Notes: generated by a model from the sequence alone, not told the origin. DNA of 64,000 bases from Soonwooa sp. (GCF_030151385.1 NZ_JASLDS010000045.1:19945-83944), one strand, 5' to 3'. Positions 20,129-31,229 are shown, counted from the stretch's first letter. Made by a program: numbers and translations.

Positions 20129-22243
20129 TTATTTAAACTTTAAAGAAATACCGAACATAAAATTAACGCCAGCTTGTGCATAATAATAAGGTGTATCACC
20201 ATAGACAAAACCATTGCTAATGTATTTCTGATTAAAAATATTGTTGACCAATAATTTTAACTCAGCTGTTGTTCTCGGAAGTTCAAAAGTATATTTAGCA
20301 TTAAAATCTGTCAAGAAATAATCTTTAAGTCGAAAGGCTTCATTTTGTGTATTATCCAAATATTGTTTCCCAACATATTGATTCCCCACGCCCAATGTGA
20401 AAGCTTTAGCCATATCATATTGCAAACCTAGATTCGCAACAACCGACGGCGAAAACGAAGTGTCTGTATCTTTAAGAACAACACGTTCATCACCTTTTTG
20501 AGAGTTAAGTTGGTTAATTTTATTCTTACTTAAACTTAAATTTGCATTCACTCGGAAATCTTGGGAAACATTTGCCAAAGCACCCAGCTCGATTCCTGCG
20601 CGGTAACTTTTATCAACATTTTCTCGGATAAAACTTCCCACATCGTTGATGACACCAGACAAAACCAATTGATCTTTGTACTGCATATAATACAAGTTAG
20701 CAGTCAACGACAACACAGACCCAAATTGTTTTTCAAGACCCAATTCCCAGTCCTGAAGAAACTCAGCTTTTGTATTTGGATTTTCTTTTAGATCATCACG
20801 GTTAGGCTCTCTGTTGGCAATCGCGTACGACAAATAAATTTTGCCACCATTTATTCTATAATTAACACCAGCTTTTGGATTAAGGAACGTCCAGTTTTTG
20901 TCAAGATTTAATCCTTCACCATCACCTTCTTTGATAATTTTCGCATTGTAGGAAACATTTCGCACTTGCATATCACCAAAAAATTCGAAATCATTAACAC
21001 GATAAAGTGCCTTTGCAAAACTAGAAATCTCACTCTTCACCGTTCTATTTCGGTAATACTCATACTCGTCAATTTCTGGAAAATAAACACCAGTTACATT
21101 ACCATAATGTTTACCATAATATTGATTAGCAACGACACCAACATTAATATCTACGTTTTCATATTTCCCATATAAAGTAGACACCAAACCATAAAAATCA
21201 TTGTTAAGCCATTTGTTGCGAATGAAGTCTGAGCGCTTAACTTCGGAACCGTTAACTAAAATATTCGGTAAACCATATTTTGAAAACTTCGCATCTTGTT
21301 TGTAGTTCTCGTAGTAACCTTTTCCTTTGGTATAATGCAAAGTTGTTTCGAGATTCCAGTGATCGCTAAATCCTTGTTCCCACAACAACTGATAATGATT
21401 TTGCTTATAATTATCTGTTTCGTTTTTATAGAATCCAATAATATTTTCCCAATTCGCATCGTAGATTGCTCCAGAAGAATTGAATCGTCTGTCTTTATCG
21501 TAAGTATCTTTATCAACACCATTCCAAGCTTGATACGTTTTCTCCTTTCCACCGAATGCCATAAAGCGAAGTTTCGTTTTATTCTCTTCAAACAAGGCTG
21601 CAAAATTATAGGAGTCCAAATCCGAAAAAGCTCTATCAATATAACCATCAGAATGGATTTTGGTATAGCGTCCCATCACGGATAATCGGTTATTCCAAAA
21701 CTTACCAGAGCCTACTTCTGCCGAATATTTATAAGTATTAAAAGAGCCATAACTATCATCGGTTTTCACATAGAATGTTTTTTCTGGATCTTTGGAAATC
21801 ACATTAACACTGGCTCCAAATGCCGAAGAACCATTGGTAGAAGTCCCAACACCACGCTGAATAACAATTTGCGACGCAGAACTTGCCAAATCTGGAACAT
21901 CAACAAAAAACGTCCCTTGACTTTCCGCATCATTGTAAGGCACGCCGTTCATCATCACATTGATGCTAGAACCAGCAACACCACGAATACGAAATCCTGT
22001 GTAACCAACGCCATTTCCCGCATCGGAGGTTGTAACAACTGAGGTTTGATTCTTCAATAAAATTGGTAAATCCTGACCCAAATTTTTGCCGTCCAAATCT
22101 TTTTGAACATTGATGATTTCCTTGGAAACAGGTAACTTTTTAAAAACACGAACCTGCTCTATTTCCTGAATAGTATCTTGCTTCGATTGAGCAAAACTGA
22201 AAGCTCCAACACTAAGAGCCGATAAAAAAATAAATCCTTTCAT
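20129..22243 (-). CDS. TonB-dependent receptor, probable thiamine uptake
   Basis: Plug motifs (GYTGFRIRG, NGVPYND), C-terminal SLKF; TPP riboswitch directly upstream. Confidence 0.88.
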   Translation of the reverse strand: MKGFIFLSALSVGAFSFAQSKQDTIQEIEQVRVFKKLPVSKEIINVQKDLDGKNLGQDLPILLKNQTSVVTTSDAGNGVGYTGFRIRGVAGSSINVMMNGVPYNDAESQGTFFVDVPDLASSASQIVIQRGVGTSTNGSSAFGASVNVISKDPEKTFYVKTDDSYGSFNTYKYSAEVGSGKFWNNRLSVMGRYTKIHSDGYIDRAFSDLDSYNFAALFEENKTKLRFMAFGGKEKTYQAWNGVDKDTYDKDRRFNSSGAIYDANWENIIGFYKNETDNYKQNHYQLLWEQGFSDHWNLETTLHYTKGKGYYENYKQDAKFSKYGLPNILVNGSEVKRSDFIRNKWLNNDFYGLVSTLYGKYENVDINVGVVANQYYGKHYGNVTGVYFPEIDEYEYYRNRTVKSEISSFAKALYRVNDFEFFGDMQVRNVSYNAKIIKEGDGEGLNLDKNWTFLNPKAGVNYRINGGKIYLSYAIANREPNRDDLKENPNTKAEFLQDWELGLEKQFGSVLSLTANLYYMQYKDQLVLSGVINDVGSFIRENVDKSYRAGIELGALANVSQDFRVNANLSLSKNKINQLNSQKGDERVVLKDTDTSFSPSVVANLGLQYDMAKAFTLGVGNQYVGKQYLDNTQNEAFRLKDYFLTDFNAKYTFELPRTTAELKLLVNNIFNQKYISNGFVYGDTPYYYAQAGVNFMFGISLKFK

Positions 22244-22299
22244 TCTAACATATTATTAGTTGGAATAAAAGGATGCACCAAACAGCCAAGCCGTTTGCT

Positions 22300-22372
22300 T
22301 AGTTCCCTTGGCAGCATTACCCGCCCAGGTTCGTAGGGTATAATCTCAGCCTTTTTAGGGGCACCCCTTTTT
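22300..22372 (-). ncRNA. TPP (THI-box) riboswitch
   Basis: Minus strand GGGGTGC...GGCTGAGATTATACCCTACGAACCTGG-GCGGGTAATGCTGCC-AAGGGAA matches the TPP aptamer core. Confidence 0.93.
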
Positions 22373-22379
22373 CCGTTTG

Positions 22380-22387
22380 CAAACTTA
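22380..22387 (-). promoter_or_regulatory. Bacteroidota -7 promoter element
   Basis: TAAGTTTG immediately 5' of the riboswitch; TAnnTTTG also precedes many other genes here (e.g. ~7255, ~20020, ~24455, ~49594, ~61280). Confidence 0.65.
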
Positions 22388-22501
22388 TAAAAAATAATTT
22401 TAATTTTTTGAAAATTTTTCAATCTTTAATTTCATATTCAAAAATCTAGACAAAAACATTTAATTTTAACAAAAGAAAGTAATCGAATATAAAAACAGAT
22501 T

Positions 22502-23884
22502 ATGGCTACAAAACGAATATCTATTTTATGCTTTCTGAGTTCTCTACTATTTGCGCAATTTACCTTTGCACAACCAGGAATGTCGCCAGTTTCAAAATAT
22601 GAGATTAAAGGCAATAACATCTATTATCTACAAGGCTACAATAGAATAATTAAAGATTCGATTCTATTAAAAGATGTCGATCCTAAATCCTTTGAAATTT
22701 TACCAAATGAAAGATTTTTGCCATTCTACGCAAAGGACAAAAACCACGTTTACTACAAGGGACAAGCAATTAACAATGTGGATGCAAAGACTTTTAATAT
22801 TCTATTCGCAGTTGAAGATCGCCCAAATGTATATGCAGATTCTGAGCATATTTTTTATCAAGGAAAAAGCTTTCCCGAAATAGACAAAAAAACCTTAAAA
22901 AAAGTAGGCAACTTGTACGTAGACAAAAACAATGTTTATAAAAGTGATCTAACAATTCTTGAAAATGCAGATGCCAAAAGCTTCGAAGTCATAGGAGACA
23001 ACGTCAGTTACAAAGACGTTAAAAAAGTTTATACTTCAAATCTTAAAATCATTGAAGGAGCCGATCCTGCGAGCTTCAAGTTTTTGTTTTATCTAAGCAA
23101 GTACCAGAATTCAGATAAAGGAATCGGCGTCGATAAAACACATGTTTTTTATGGAACAAAAGTCATTCAGGGCGCCGATCCGCAAAGTATTCAGCGTTTA
23201 AAAAACACGGAAGAATGTATGATTGACAAAAATTATGTCTATTTCCAAAACGATATTATCAAAGGTGCAGACCCAAAGAAAGTCGCCGCAATAAAGGATC
23301 GAACAAAAGCTGATAGGTTCCTAGACGCTTATATTGCCAACGGAACCGAAGTCGTCAATCTCGTATATGGCGCGATTATTCCCAATTCGGATGCATCCAC
23401 TTTTTACCACGTTTCAGATTTTCTATATGCCGACAAAACCAACTTTTATGAATTTCAAAACAAATCGCTAGAAGCAAATCCTAATAATTTTTTTATGATT
23501 CGCTGGAATCTAATTTTTAGCAAAAACCGTCTTTATGATAATTTTTCAGAAATAGACAAGCCTATCTATAGTTTTGCTGAACTGTCCAAAGCGACCGACC
23601 GAGACGTCCTTGACATCGAACTTCCCGTGGAAGATTATGGTTATACGGTGATGAACAATAATCTCTACTATTGGATTGATGCAAAACAAGTTTTAGTTCA
23701 AGAGAACACGAAGCTTGACAACTTTCGTGTTTTGGGCGCTTACTTGCAATCGGGAAATCAAATTTTCTATCAAGGAGAAGTTGTGAAAGAGGCTGATCCT
23801 GCAAGCTTCGAATGGATAGAACAGTCTAAAGCTAAAGACAAAAATCACTTCTACAACGAAGGGAAAATTGTACGTAAATTTTAA
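22502..23884 (+). CDS. DKNYY-repeat family secreted protein
   Basis: Signal peptide; repeated DKNHVYY/DKNYVY and ADPASF units. Confidence 0.85.
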   Translation: MATKRISILCFLSSLLFAQFTFAQPGMSPVSKYEIKGNNIYYLQGYNRIIKDSILLKDVDPKSFEILPNERFLPFYAKDKNHVYYKGQAINNVDAKTFNILFAVEDRPNVYADSEHIFYQGKSFPEIDKKTLKKVGNLYVDKNNVYKSDLTILENADAKSFEVIGDNVSYKDVKKVYTSNLKIIEGADPASFKFLFYLSKYQNSDKGIGVDKTHVFYGTKVIQGADPQSIQRLKNTEECMIDKNYVYFQNDIIKGADPKKVAAIKDRTKADRFLDAYIANGTEVVNLVYGAIIPNSDASTFYHVSDFLYADKTNFYEFQNKSLEANPNNFFMIRWNLIFSKNRLYDNFSEIDKPIYSFAELSKATDRDVLDIELPVEDYGYTVMNNNLYYWIDAKQVLVQENTKLDNFRVLGAYLQSGNQIFYQGEVVKEADPASFEWIEQSKAKDKNHFYNEGKIVRKF

Positions 23885-24273
23885 ATTCCAAAAATCAATT
23901 CGTGATAAACTTCCGTATTTCGGACAACAAAAAATAGAATGATGACAATTAAATAGATAAGAATACTTTTAAACCCAAACAAGGAATTGTAAAATTTCGA
24001 GTACTTTGTTTTTAAATCGCCAATCTGAAAAACAAGGAAAATCAAAAAAACTGGAATCGCGACTACAAAAAGTGGATTCAGAATAAAAGCATTTTTAAAA
24101 TGTCCGTGCAACAATTCGTGGAAAGCGCGCTGACTACCACAGCCAGGACAATCGTAGTTCGTCATCATTTTGAAAGGACAATTTAGCGCCCAACCAGAAT
24201 TTGCTGGATTTACAAAAAAGTAAATCAACAAAATACCAAGGACTAAAATCCCAAAAACATATTTAATTTTCAT
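23881..24273 (-). CDS. DUF2752 membrane protein
   Basis: CPFK...CPGCGSQRA...LNP motif; start placed at MKIKY. Confidence 0.85.
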   Translation of the reverse strand: MKIKYVFGILVLGILLIYFFVNPANSGWALNCPFKMMTNYDCPGCGSQRAFHELLHGHFKNAFILNPLFVVAIPVFLIFLVFQIGDLKTKYSKFYNSLFGFKSILIYLIVIILFFVVRNTEVYHELIFGI

Positions 24274-24546
24274 TTTCAAAATAAGCAACCAGCGAATGTT
24301 CGCTAAATATTTTTTATTAATTTTAAATCTAATAAAAATCACAACTACCTATATACCAATAGTTTAAAAACAAAATTCAACTAAGATAGATAAAAACTAA
24401 TTTTTATTATTTCAAAACCTAATGAATAAAGCTGATAAAAAGTATAAAAAATCGTATTTTTGGCTGCAATTTATATAATAATTTAAAAATTAACTGACTT
24501 CACGTTTAGTTTTAAATAAAATTACAAGCAAAAGCTTCTACTTATT

Positions 24547-27309
24547 ATGAGTATTTACACGAATTATATTCAAGAAATTGAAGAAAGAAAAGGCCAAGGT
24601 CTTCATCCAAAACCTATTGACGGTGCCGAATTATTAAGCGAAATCATCGCACAAATTAAAGATGCTAACAACCCGAACAGAGAAGATTCTATTCAGTTTT
24701 TAATTTACAACACGCTTCCAGGTACAACGCCTGCTGCTGGTGTAAAAGCTAAATTTTTGAAAGAAATTATTCTTGGAGAAACTGCAGTTGCGGAGATTAC
24801 GCCAAGTTTCGCTTTCGAATTGTTGTCGCACATGAAAGGTGGTCCATCTATCGAAGTTCTTTTGGATTTGGCTTTAGGAAATGATGAGGCTATTGCAAAG
24901 CAAGCGGCTGAAGTTCTTAAAACTCAGGTTTTCTTGTATGATGCAGATACAGCGCGTTTAGCAGATGCTTACAAAGCCGGAAATGCAATTGCAAAAGACA
25001 TTCTTGAAAGCTACGCAAAAGCAGAATTCTTTACAAAACTTCCAGAAGTTGCAGAAGAAATTAAAATCGTAACATTCATCGCTGGTGAAGGAGATATTTC
25101 TACGGATTTATTATCGCCAGGTAACCAAGCGCACTCGCGTTCTGACAGAGAATTGCACGGTAAATGTATGATTACGCCAGAAGCTCAGGAGCAAATTCGT
25201 GCGTTACAAGCACAACATCCTGATGCGAGTGTGATGCTTATCGCAGAAAAAGGAACAATGGGTGTTGGTTCTTCTCGTATGTCGGGTGTTAACAACGTTG
25301 CACTTTGGACAGGAAAACAAGCGAGTCCTTATGTACCTTTCGTAAATATCGCGCCGATTGTTGGTGGAACGAATGGTATTTCTCCAATTTTCTTAACAAC
25401 AGTTGACGTAACTGGTGGTATTGGAATCGACCTTAAAAACTGGAAGAAAAAAGTTGATGAAAACGGAAATGTTGTTCGTAACGAAAACGATGAACCGGTT
25501 TTAGAAGAAGTTTATTCTGTTGCGACAGGTACGGTTTTAACAATTAATACAAAGACTCAAAAATTATACAACGGTGACCAAGAATTAATCGACATCGCTC
25601 GTTCTTTAACACCGCAAAAAATGGAATTCATCAAAGCGGGTGGTTCTTATGCGATTGTTTTCGGAAAGAAAATTCAAACTTTTGCAGCGCAAACTTTAGG
25701 TGTTGAAGCACCAACAGTTTTTGCTCCTTCAAAAGAAATTTCTAATGATAATCAAGGTTTAACAGCGGTTGAAAAAATCTTCAACAAAAATGCTGTTGGT
25801 GTTACTGATGGAAAAATTTTGCATGCAGGTTCTGACGTTCGTGTAAAAGTAAACATCGTTGGTTCTCAAGATACAACAGGTTTGATGACCGCTCAAGAAT
25901 TGGAAGCAATGGCGGCAACAGTTATCGCTCCAACAGTGGACGGCGCTTATCAATCTGGATGTCATACGGCTTCGGTTTGGGATAAAAAAGCACAAGCTAA
26001 CATTCCTAAATTGATGAAATTTATGAATGATTTCGGTTTGATTACTGCTCGTGACCCAAAAGGTGAATACCACGCAATGACCGACGTTATCCATAAAGTT
26101 TTGAATGACATTACCATCGACGAATGGGCGATTATCATCGGTGGAGATTCGCACACAAGAATGTCTAAAGGTGTTGCTTTTGGAGCAGATTCAGGGACTG
26201 TGGCTTTGGCTTTGGCGACTGGTGAAGCATCAATGCCAATTCCAGAATCGGTGAAAGTGACTTTCAAAGGTGAGATGAAACCTTATATGGATTTCCGTGA
26301 TGTTGTACACGCTACGCAAGCGCAGATGTTGCAACAATTCGGAGGCGAAAACGTTTTCCAAGGTAGAATTATCGAAGTTCATATCGGTACTTTGTTGGCA
26401 GACCAAGCCTTTACATTCACTGACTGGACAGCGGAAATGAAAGCGAAAGCATCAATCTGTATTTCACAAGACGATACATTAATTCAATCTTTAGAAATCG
26501 CAAAATCTCGTATTCAGATTATGATTGATAAAGGAATGGATAATCATAATAAAGTTCTACAAGGTCTTATCGATAAAGCAAACAAGCGTATCGAAGAAAT
26601 TAAATCTGGTTCTAAACCAGCGCTTCAACCTGATGAAAATGCAAAATATTACGCTGAAGTTGTGATTGATTTAGACATCATCAACGAGCCAATGATTGCT
26701 GACCCAGACGTTAACAACGAAGATGTTTCTAAACGTTATACGCATGACACAATTCGTGATTTGACGTATTATGGAGGAACAAAAGCGGTAGATTTAGGTT
26801 TCGTAGGTTCTTGTATGGTTCATAAAGATGACCTTAAAATCGTTTCTCAGATGTTGAGAAATGTTGAGAAAAAAGAAGGTGAAGTTAAATTTAATGCGCC
26901 ATTAGTGGTTGCAGCACCTACTTACAACATCATCGACGAATTGAAAGCGGAAGGCGATTGGGAAATGCTTCAAAAATATTCTGGATTCGAATTTAATGAC
27001 GATGCACCAAAAGGCGCTGCACGTACAGAATACGAAAACATCATGTATCTTGAGCGTCCGGGATGTAACCTTTGTATGGGTAACCAAGAAAAAGCGGAAA
27101 AAGGAGATACGGTAATGGCGACTTCTACGCGTCTTTTCCAAGGTCGTGTGGTTGAAGACAGAGATGGCAAAAAAGGTGAATCTTTATTGGCTTCTACTCC
27201 AGTGGTTGTTCTTTCGGCTATTTTGGGTAGAATTCCAAATATCGAAGAATACCAAGATGCTGTTGAAGGTATTAATTTAACGAAATTCACACCGATTTCT
27301 TGTCACTAA
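24547..27309 (+). CDS. acnB: Aconitate hydratase B / 2-methylisocitrate dehydratase
   Basis: N-terminal HEAT-like region, GSSR, SQDTTG, GDSHTR, GSCM, PGCNLCMGN. Confidence 0.96.
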   Translation: MSIYTNYIQEIEERKGQGLHPKPIDGAELLSEIIAQIKDANNPNREDSIQFLIYNTLPGTTPAAGVKAKFLKEIILGETAVAEITPSFAFELLSHMKGGPSIEVLLDLALGNDEAIAKQAAEVLKTQVFLYDADTARLADAYKAGNAIAKDILESYAKAEFFTKLPEVAEEIKIVTFIAGEGDISTDLLSPGNQAHSRSDRELHGKCMITPEAQEQIRALQAQHPDASVMLIAEKGTMGVGSSRMSGVNNVALWTGKQASPYVPFVNIAPIVGGTNGISPIFLTTVDVTGGIGIDLKNWKKKVDENGNVVRNENDEPVLEEVYSVATGTVLTINTKTQKLYNGDQELIDIARSLTPQKMEFIKAGGSYAIVFGKKIQTFAAQTLGVEAPTVFAPSKEISNDNQGLTAVEKIFNKNAVGVTDGKILHAGSDVRVKVNIVGSQDTTGLMTAQELEAMAATVIAPTVDGAYQSGCHTASVWDKKAQANIPKLMKFMNDFGLITARDPKGEYHAMTDVIHKVLNDITIDEWAIIIGGDSHTRMSKGVAFGADSGTVALALATGEASMPIPESVKVTFKGEMKPYMDFRDVVHATQAQMLQQFGGENVFQGRIIEVHIGTLLADQAFTFTDWTAEMKAKASICISQDDTLIQSLEIAKSRIQIMIDKGMDNHNKVLQGLIDKANKRIEEIKSGSKPALQPDENAKYYAEVVIDLDIINEPMIADPDVNNEDVSKRYTHDTIRDLTYYGGTKAVDLGFVGSCMVHKDDLKIVSQMLRNVEKKEGEVKFNAPLVVAAPTYNIIDELKAEGDWEMLQKYSGFEFNDDAPKGAARTEYENIMYLERPGCNLCMGNQEKAEKGDTVMATSTRLFQGRVVEDRDGKKGESLLASTPVVVLSAILGRIPNIEEYQDAVEGINLTKFTPISCH

Positions 27310-27328
27310 GAAATTCTTGAATAAATAC

Positions 27329-27359
27329 AAAAGACTGCTCGATTTGGGCAGTCTTTTTT
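27329..27359 (+). terminator. Intrinsic terminator after acnB
   Basis: aaaagactgctc/gggcagtctttt stem plus T tract. Confidence 0.8.
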
Positions 27360-27432
27360 GTTTGGATTTTTTTTAACGCTAAGGCGTATGATCAATTGAA
27401 ATTTTAACTAAATACTATTCAAAAGTATTTTC

Positions 27433-27592
27433 AACATTAAGGCATTAAGATTTGAACAGACTTCTAATTTTTAAAAAGCTTAATTAAAATCAATGTATTG
27501 ATTTCTTAATAAAATGAAATTCCTACTTTCTTAAAATTCTTAATGTTTAACTAAGAATAAACTCCGTTTATTTCGATTAAGAAAGCATTAAG
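27433..27592 (-). repeat. Palindromic intergenic repeat family A, copy 1
   Basis: aacattaag...cttaatgtt ends, central aaatcaat-n-tattgattt palindrome, aataaact-cgtttatt hairpin; reverse-complement match to 33238-33420. Confidence 0.8.
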
Positions 27593-27640
27593 TGAAGTTT
27601 AAACATATTCAGATTTTGTTTAAAAAATTAGGAGTCATCA

Positions 27641-28756
27641 CTACACATTATACATTTCAACCGCTTTCCAATATTTATCCTTAAAAATGGAATAAGTAAA
27701 ATCTATTTTGCCTTTGTATTTAATCATCATTTTATCTAAAACTCGTGTTGGCTTACGAAAATCTTTACACGCAATAAAAATCACACGTTCGCTATCAGCC
27801 GTTTCTCTACCGATATTTAGATAGCCGTCAACATCTTTTAGATCCTCAGCCAATTCATCTTCAAATTGGTCAAGAAGTTTGTAAATACTTTCATCGGGAA
27901 AACCATTGTTGTTTTTGCCGTCGTATTTTATTTTGACTGTCACCATCCAAGGGTGCGAGGCTTTACTATCCCACTCCAACAAAGTTTTATCTACGATTGC
28001 AATTAGCGGAAGTCCGTTATTTAGTGTCGCTTCTAAAGAAGAAAATCCATCATTTTTAGTATCATAACTCACCGCTTGATATTTTTCTACGAACTCTCTT
28101 TCACGCCAAAGTAGGTAATCTTTCATTTTTCCAATCGGAATCAATTCTTCTGTGGCTTCATTTTTTCCAATAATTTGCAAATGGTCGATTGTCGTCACCG
28201 AATTTAATTCTCCCAAATAGTTATCCAAAAACAAATATGCGGCGTTGGTAATCATATCTTTGTCGGCAGCTTTGTAATTTTCATAAACCAAAACAATGTC
28301 GACTTCGTCAGGATAACTCTCGTCCGAATTGGCATAAAACCACAGATTATCTTTATCGAAACTATAATCTCCCATGCGCAAACCGATATTAGAAATATCT
28401 GCGGCGCTCGGCTTTAAAGCTGTGAAAACCCAATTGGAAAAACTCGGTGCTGCTGCCACCAAATCCTCGATAATAGCAATTTTCTTGATAACGCCATCGG
28501 GAGTGAAAATCAGTTCTGCTGTGTCGTCGTCTTTCATTCCTGTTAAAAAGTAAATGCCATCGTCGATATTTTTTAATTTTGGAGAAAGGATATCAAAAAA
28601 ATCTTTTTCAATATCCTTTCTTGATTTTACAACTTCAAAAAACTCCTTTTCTTTAGTGGCAAACCAATTCCAAAAATCTTGATAAGTCGTTTGCTCGTTA
28701 GTTTCCATCGGCGAATTCTCGTCCTTTTTACCAAATAGATTATTTAAAAATCCCAT
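27641..28756 (-). CDS. DUF695-like protein
   Basis: FWNWF, ELIFTPDG, LFLDNYLGE, FEDEL, IGRET, DKYW motifs (family assigned from memory). Confidence 0.7.
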   Translation of the reverse strand: MGFLNNLFGKKDENSPMETNEQTTYQDFWNWFATKEKEFFEVVKSRKDIEKDFFDILSPKLKNIDDGIYFLTGMKDDDTAELIFTPDGVIKKIAIIEDLVAAAPSFSNWVFTALKPSAADISNIGLRMGDYSFDKDNLWFYANSDESYPDEVDIVLVYENYKAADKDMITNAAYLFLDNYLGELNSVTTIDHLQIIGKNEATEELIPIGKMKDYLLWREREFVEKYQAVSYDTKNDGFSSLEATLNNGLPLIAIVDKTLLEWDSKASHPWMVTVKIKYDGKNNNGFPDESIYKLLDQFEDELAEDLKDVDGYLNIGRETADSERVIFIACKDFRKPTRVLDKMMIKYKGKIDFTYSIFKDKYWKAVEMYNV

Positions 28757-28995
28757 ACAATATTGTGTTATTTGAATGATTTTCGAATGACTAAATTTTA
28801 AAAATCATCAAGTGTTATGACAAGTAATTTACTAAAAAACTTTGTTTCAAAAATATTTTTAACATTTAGCAATTAAGTCTAAGTAACGATTAAATTTAAT
28901 TAACTTGCTGCAAATCAATAGTTTAAATATTTGAAACAAACGAATTCATTTTTTAAAATCCTAATATTTAAGAAAAGACAAATCTTTATCAAATT

Positions 28996-29139
28996 TAAAC
29001 GCAAAGAAAAACGAAGCTAATGACCTATTCATTTCCAAATAAGTAATACAAAATTGTATTTCAAAAATGAGTGAAACGCCTTTGTTTATCATTAATTGAT
29101 TACAATTTACTTTGCTATTCTTGTTTAGCTTTGCGTTTA
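28996..29139. repeat. Palindromic repeat family B, copy 1
   Basis: taaacgcaaag/ctttgcgttta terminal inverted repeat; shares acgcctttgtttatc with 31023-31126. Confidence 0.7.
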
Positions 29140-29170
29140 GAATTATTTTAGATTTAAATAAAACAAAAAC

Positions 29171-30013
29171 CTAAAACTCAATATCATCCGCCACATTCCC
29201 ACCTTGGTCAGCAGCAAAACGCTCTTTGTAATGCGCTCTTACACTTTCTTGGAAATCCGCATCTTCTCTTATTTGGTCAGTACTGAAATCCAGATTTCGC
29301 TTCGTCATCCACTCCATCGCCACCGATTGAAAATCCATCAAGTCGATTCCGAATTCATCTTTTATCCATTGCGCGCCATCAATTCCGTATTCATAAGCGA
29401 CAGAACGTGCGGCTTCTAATTCTAAATAATAAGCTTTGTCAGTTTTTAAACGATTGAGATTTTCAGAATTTCCTGTACTGCTTGGAGCAGAGCCATTTTT
29501 TAAAGCTAAAATTTTAGGATGATTGGGCGCTTTCATAAAAGCTTCGCCGTACAAATTGACAATCGTAAATGTAGAATCTTCCTGCATACGTTTTGGCCAA
29601 AGCGTGTTGACTTCCTGCCAAATTGCGGTATCAATGCCGAAAGCTTTAAACAATTCATTTTCATCAAAAGTCGTCAAATTCATGGCAATAGCGGCATAAT
29701 CGTCCAAAGAAATTCCGTGAATAGGCGCTTCCAAAGGATTTCCTGCGTCGGCTTTTACATACCCCATCGTCGAAGTTCCAAAATATTTCAAAGAATGCAT
29801 CATTTCAAACTGGATAAAATCGTCTTCATCCGCATCCTCATTCCAATCAAAATAAACATTTCGTACAAAATGTCTTCTGTAACTTTTTACGTCATCTTCT
29901 TCCCAATTGTCGCCTAACTGCTGTTTTTTTGCTTCCAATCTCGCTTCCACCTCAGCATCAAATTGTGCTTCTGTATAATGATTTCCGTGTAGATTTTCTG
30001 GATTGATACTCAT
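29171..30013 (-). CDS. Acidic hypothetical protein (possibly DUF6620-like) with internal helical repeat
   Basis: 280 aa ORF in the co-oriented cluster; HGISLDDYA, FGIDTAIW/YGIDGAQW/FGIDLMDF repeats. Confidence 0.7.
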   Translation of the reverse strand: MSINPENLHGNHYTEAQFDAEVEARLEAKKQQLGDNWEEDDVKSYRRHFVRNVYFDWNEDADEDDFIQFEMMHSLKYFGTSTMGYVKADAGNPLEAPIHGISLDDYAAIAMNLTTFDENELFKAFGIDTAIWQEVNTLWPKRMQEDSTFTIVNLYGEAFMKAPNHPKILALKNGSAPSSTGNSENLNRLKTDKAYYLELEAARSVAYEYGIDGAQWIKDEFGIDLMDFQSVAMEWMTKRNLDFSTDQIREDADFQESVRAHYKERFAADQGGNVADDIEF

Positions 30014-30031
30014 AATATTTTCTTTTGTGAT

Positions 30032-30970
30032 TTAATAATTTCTGTTTTGAAGACTTTGATAAAACCTCTCGTTATGCTCTGCCAAATCTGGAACCAAGCG
30101 TTTCCATTCGTCAAACATCGCTCGTTGATATTCCTGATAATATTGCGGAATTAAAGCTTTGGATTCTTGATGTTGTTTTTCAAGTTCTTCTATTTGTTGC
30201 TCGAGCGCATCGTCTTTTTCGGAAAAATCGCGCTTTAATTTTAATTGATGACCTTGCATGTACAAATCGCGCTCTCGATTTTCCTCTTCATAATATTTAT
30301 CCAACAAAGGTTGCGTTCTTTGCTCTGCCAAACTTCGACCAATCTGCTCTAAACCTTGCGCCAACGAGCTCGGCGTAAACGTATTTTTGTTTTGACAACT
30401 CGGACATGCGATGTGTGAAGTCACGAAATAAATCTTTGTCAACGGAATGGTATCGCCACATTGTTGACATTTGAACTGGTTTTTAATCGCTTCATGTTCA
30501 TCCAAAATTTGTTGATACAAAACTTCGTAATCCGTGAAATTGGTTTGTTCCAATTGAGCTCTCAGTTCTGATAGTTTTGCTTCCAAACCTCTATGAAGTT
30601 GGTTAGAGCAAGTCGTTCTAAATTGAGTTAATTGATTATAAAACGGATTGAAAACATCAATTTTTTCTTTAAAAATTTGATAGACATCTTCAATTTTTTC
30701 GTCGTAAACGGCTTCGGCTTTCTCGCGGATATTTCCCAACTGACCTAAAATTCCGCTCAACATTAAGCCATGTTGTCTTTCGTCCTCTTTTTTAAGTTCA
30801 TAAAGTTCTGGCAAAGCTGCTTCAGTTAACTCAACTGCTTTAGCTTCCAACTTTTCTAAGAACACAAAAAAGCGTTCTTGATTTTCTTGGAGAAGTCCCA
30901 ACCACTCTGGATTTTCAGAAAATGAATTCTTCTCTAGTTGGTTTGTTTTTTTATTGAAAAAATTAAACAT
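30032..30970 (-). CDS. Helical protein with central zinc ribbon
   Basis: CQQCG...CPSCQ flanked by E/Q/L-rich helices. Confidence 0.8.
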   Translation of the reverse strand: MFNFFNKKTNQLEKNSFSENPEWLGLLQENQERFFVFLEKLEAKAVELTEAALPELYELKKEDERQHGLMLSGILGQLGNIREKAEAVYDEKIEDVYQIFKEKIDVFNPFYNQLTQFRTTCSNQLHRGLEAKLSELRAQLEQTNFTDYEVLYQQILDEHEAIKNQFKCQQCGDTIPLTKIYFVTSHIACPSCQNKNTFTPSSLAQGLEQIGRSLAEQRTQPLLDKYYEEENRERDLYMQGHQLKLKRDFSEKDDALEQQIEELEKQHQESKALIPQYYQEYQRAMFDEWKRLVPDLAEHNERFYQSLQNRNY

Positions 30971-31022
30971 CGTATTTGTTTTAAAATTTGTGTTTTTCTA
31001 TTGGTATTTTCTTGATATTTTT

Positions 31023-31126
31023 ATCGCAAAGCAAAACAAAGCTTTATTTTACTTAAGTAAGTTTTACGCCTTTGTTTATCTTATTTTTTTTAAAAATTGT
31101 AAAAACTTGTTTGACTTTGCGTTTAA
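31023..31126. repeat. Palindromic repeat family B, copy 2
   Basis: atcgcaaag...ctttgcgttta; internal acgcctttgtttatc shared with copy 1. Confidence 0.65.
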
Positions 31127-31229
31127 CACTCGTGTAACCCAAAGTCGCTATTTTCCTTTCCTTCTATACTTTTTTAAGGCATAAGGATTCTATCTTCGAT
31201 AAAATTGTGAACGTCCCATTCAAAAATCT

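Noticed and set aside
22240..22422. 60-aa leader ORF upstream of the TonB receptor
   Set aside because: It coincides with the TPP riboswitch and promoter
25759..27290. Antisense ORFs within acnB, acnA, bamA, wzc and the antiporter
   Set aside because: Shadow frames of well-supported genes with no recognisable motifs
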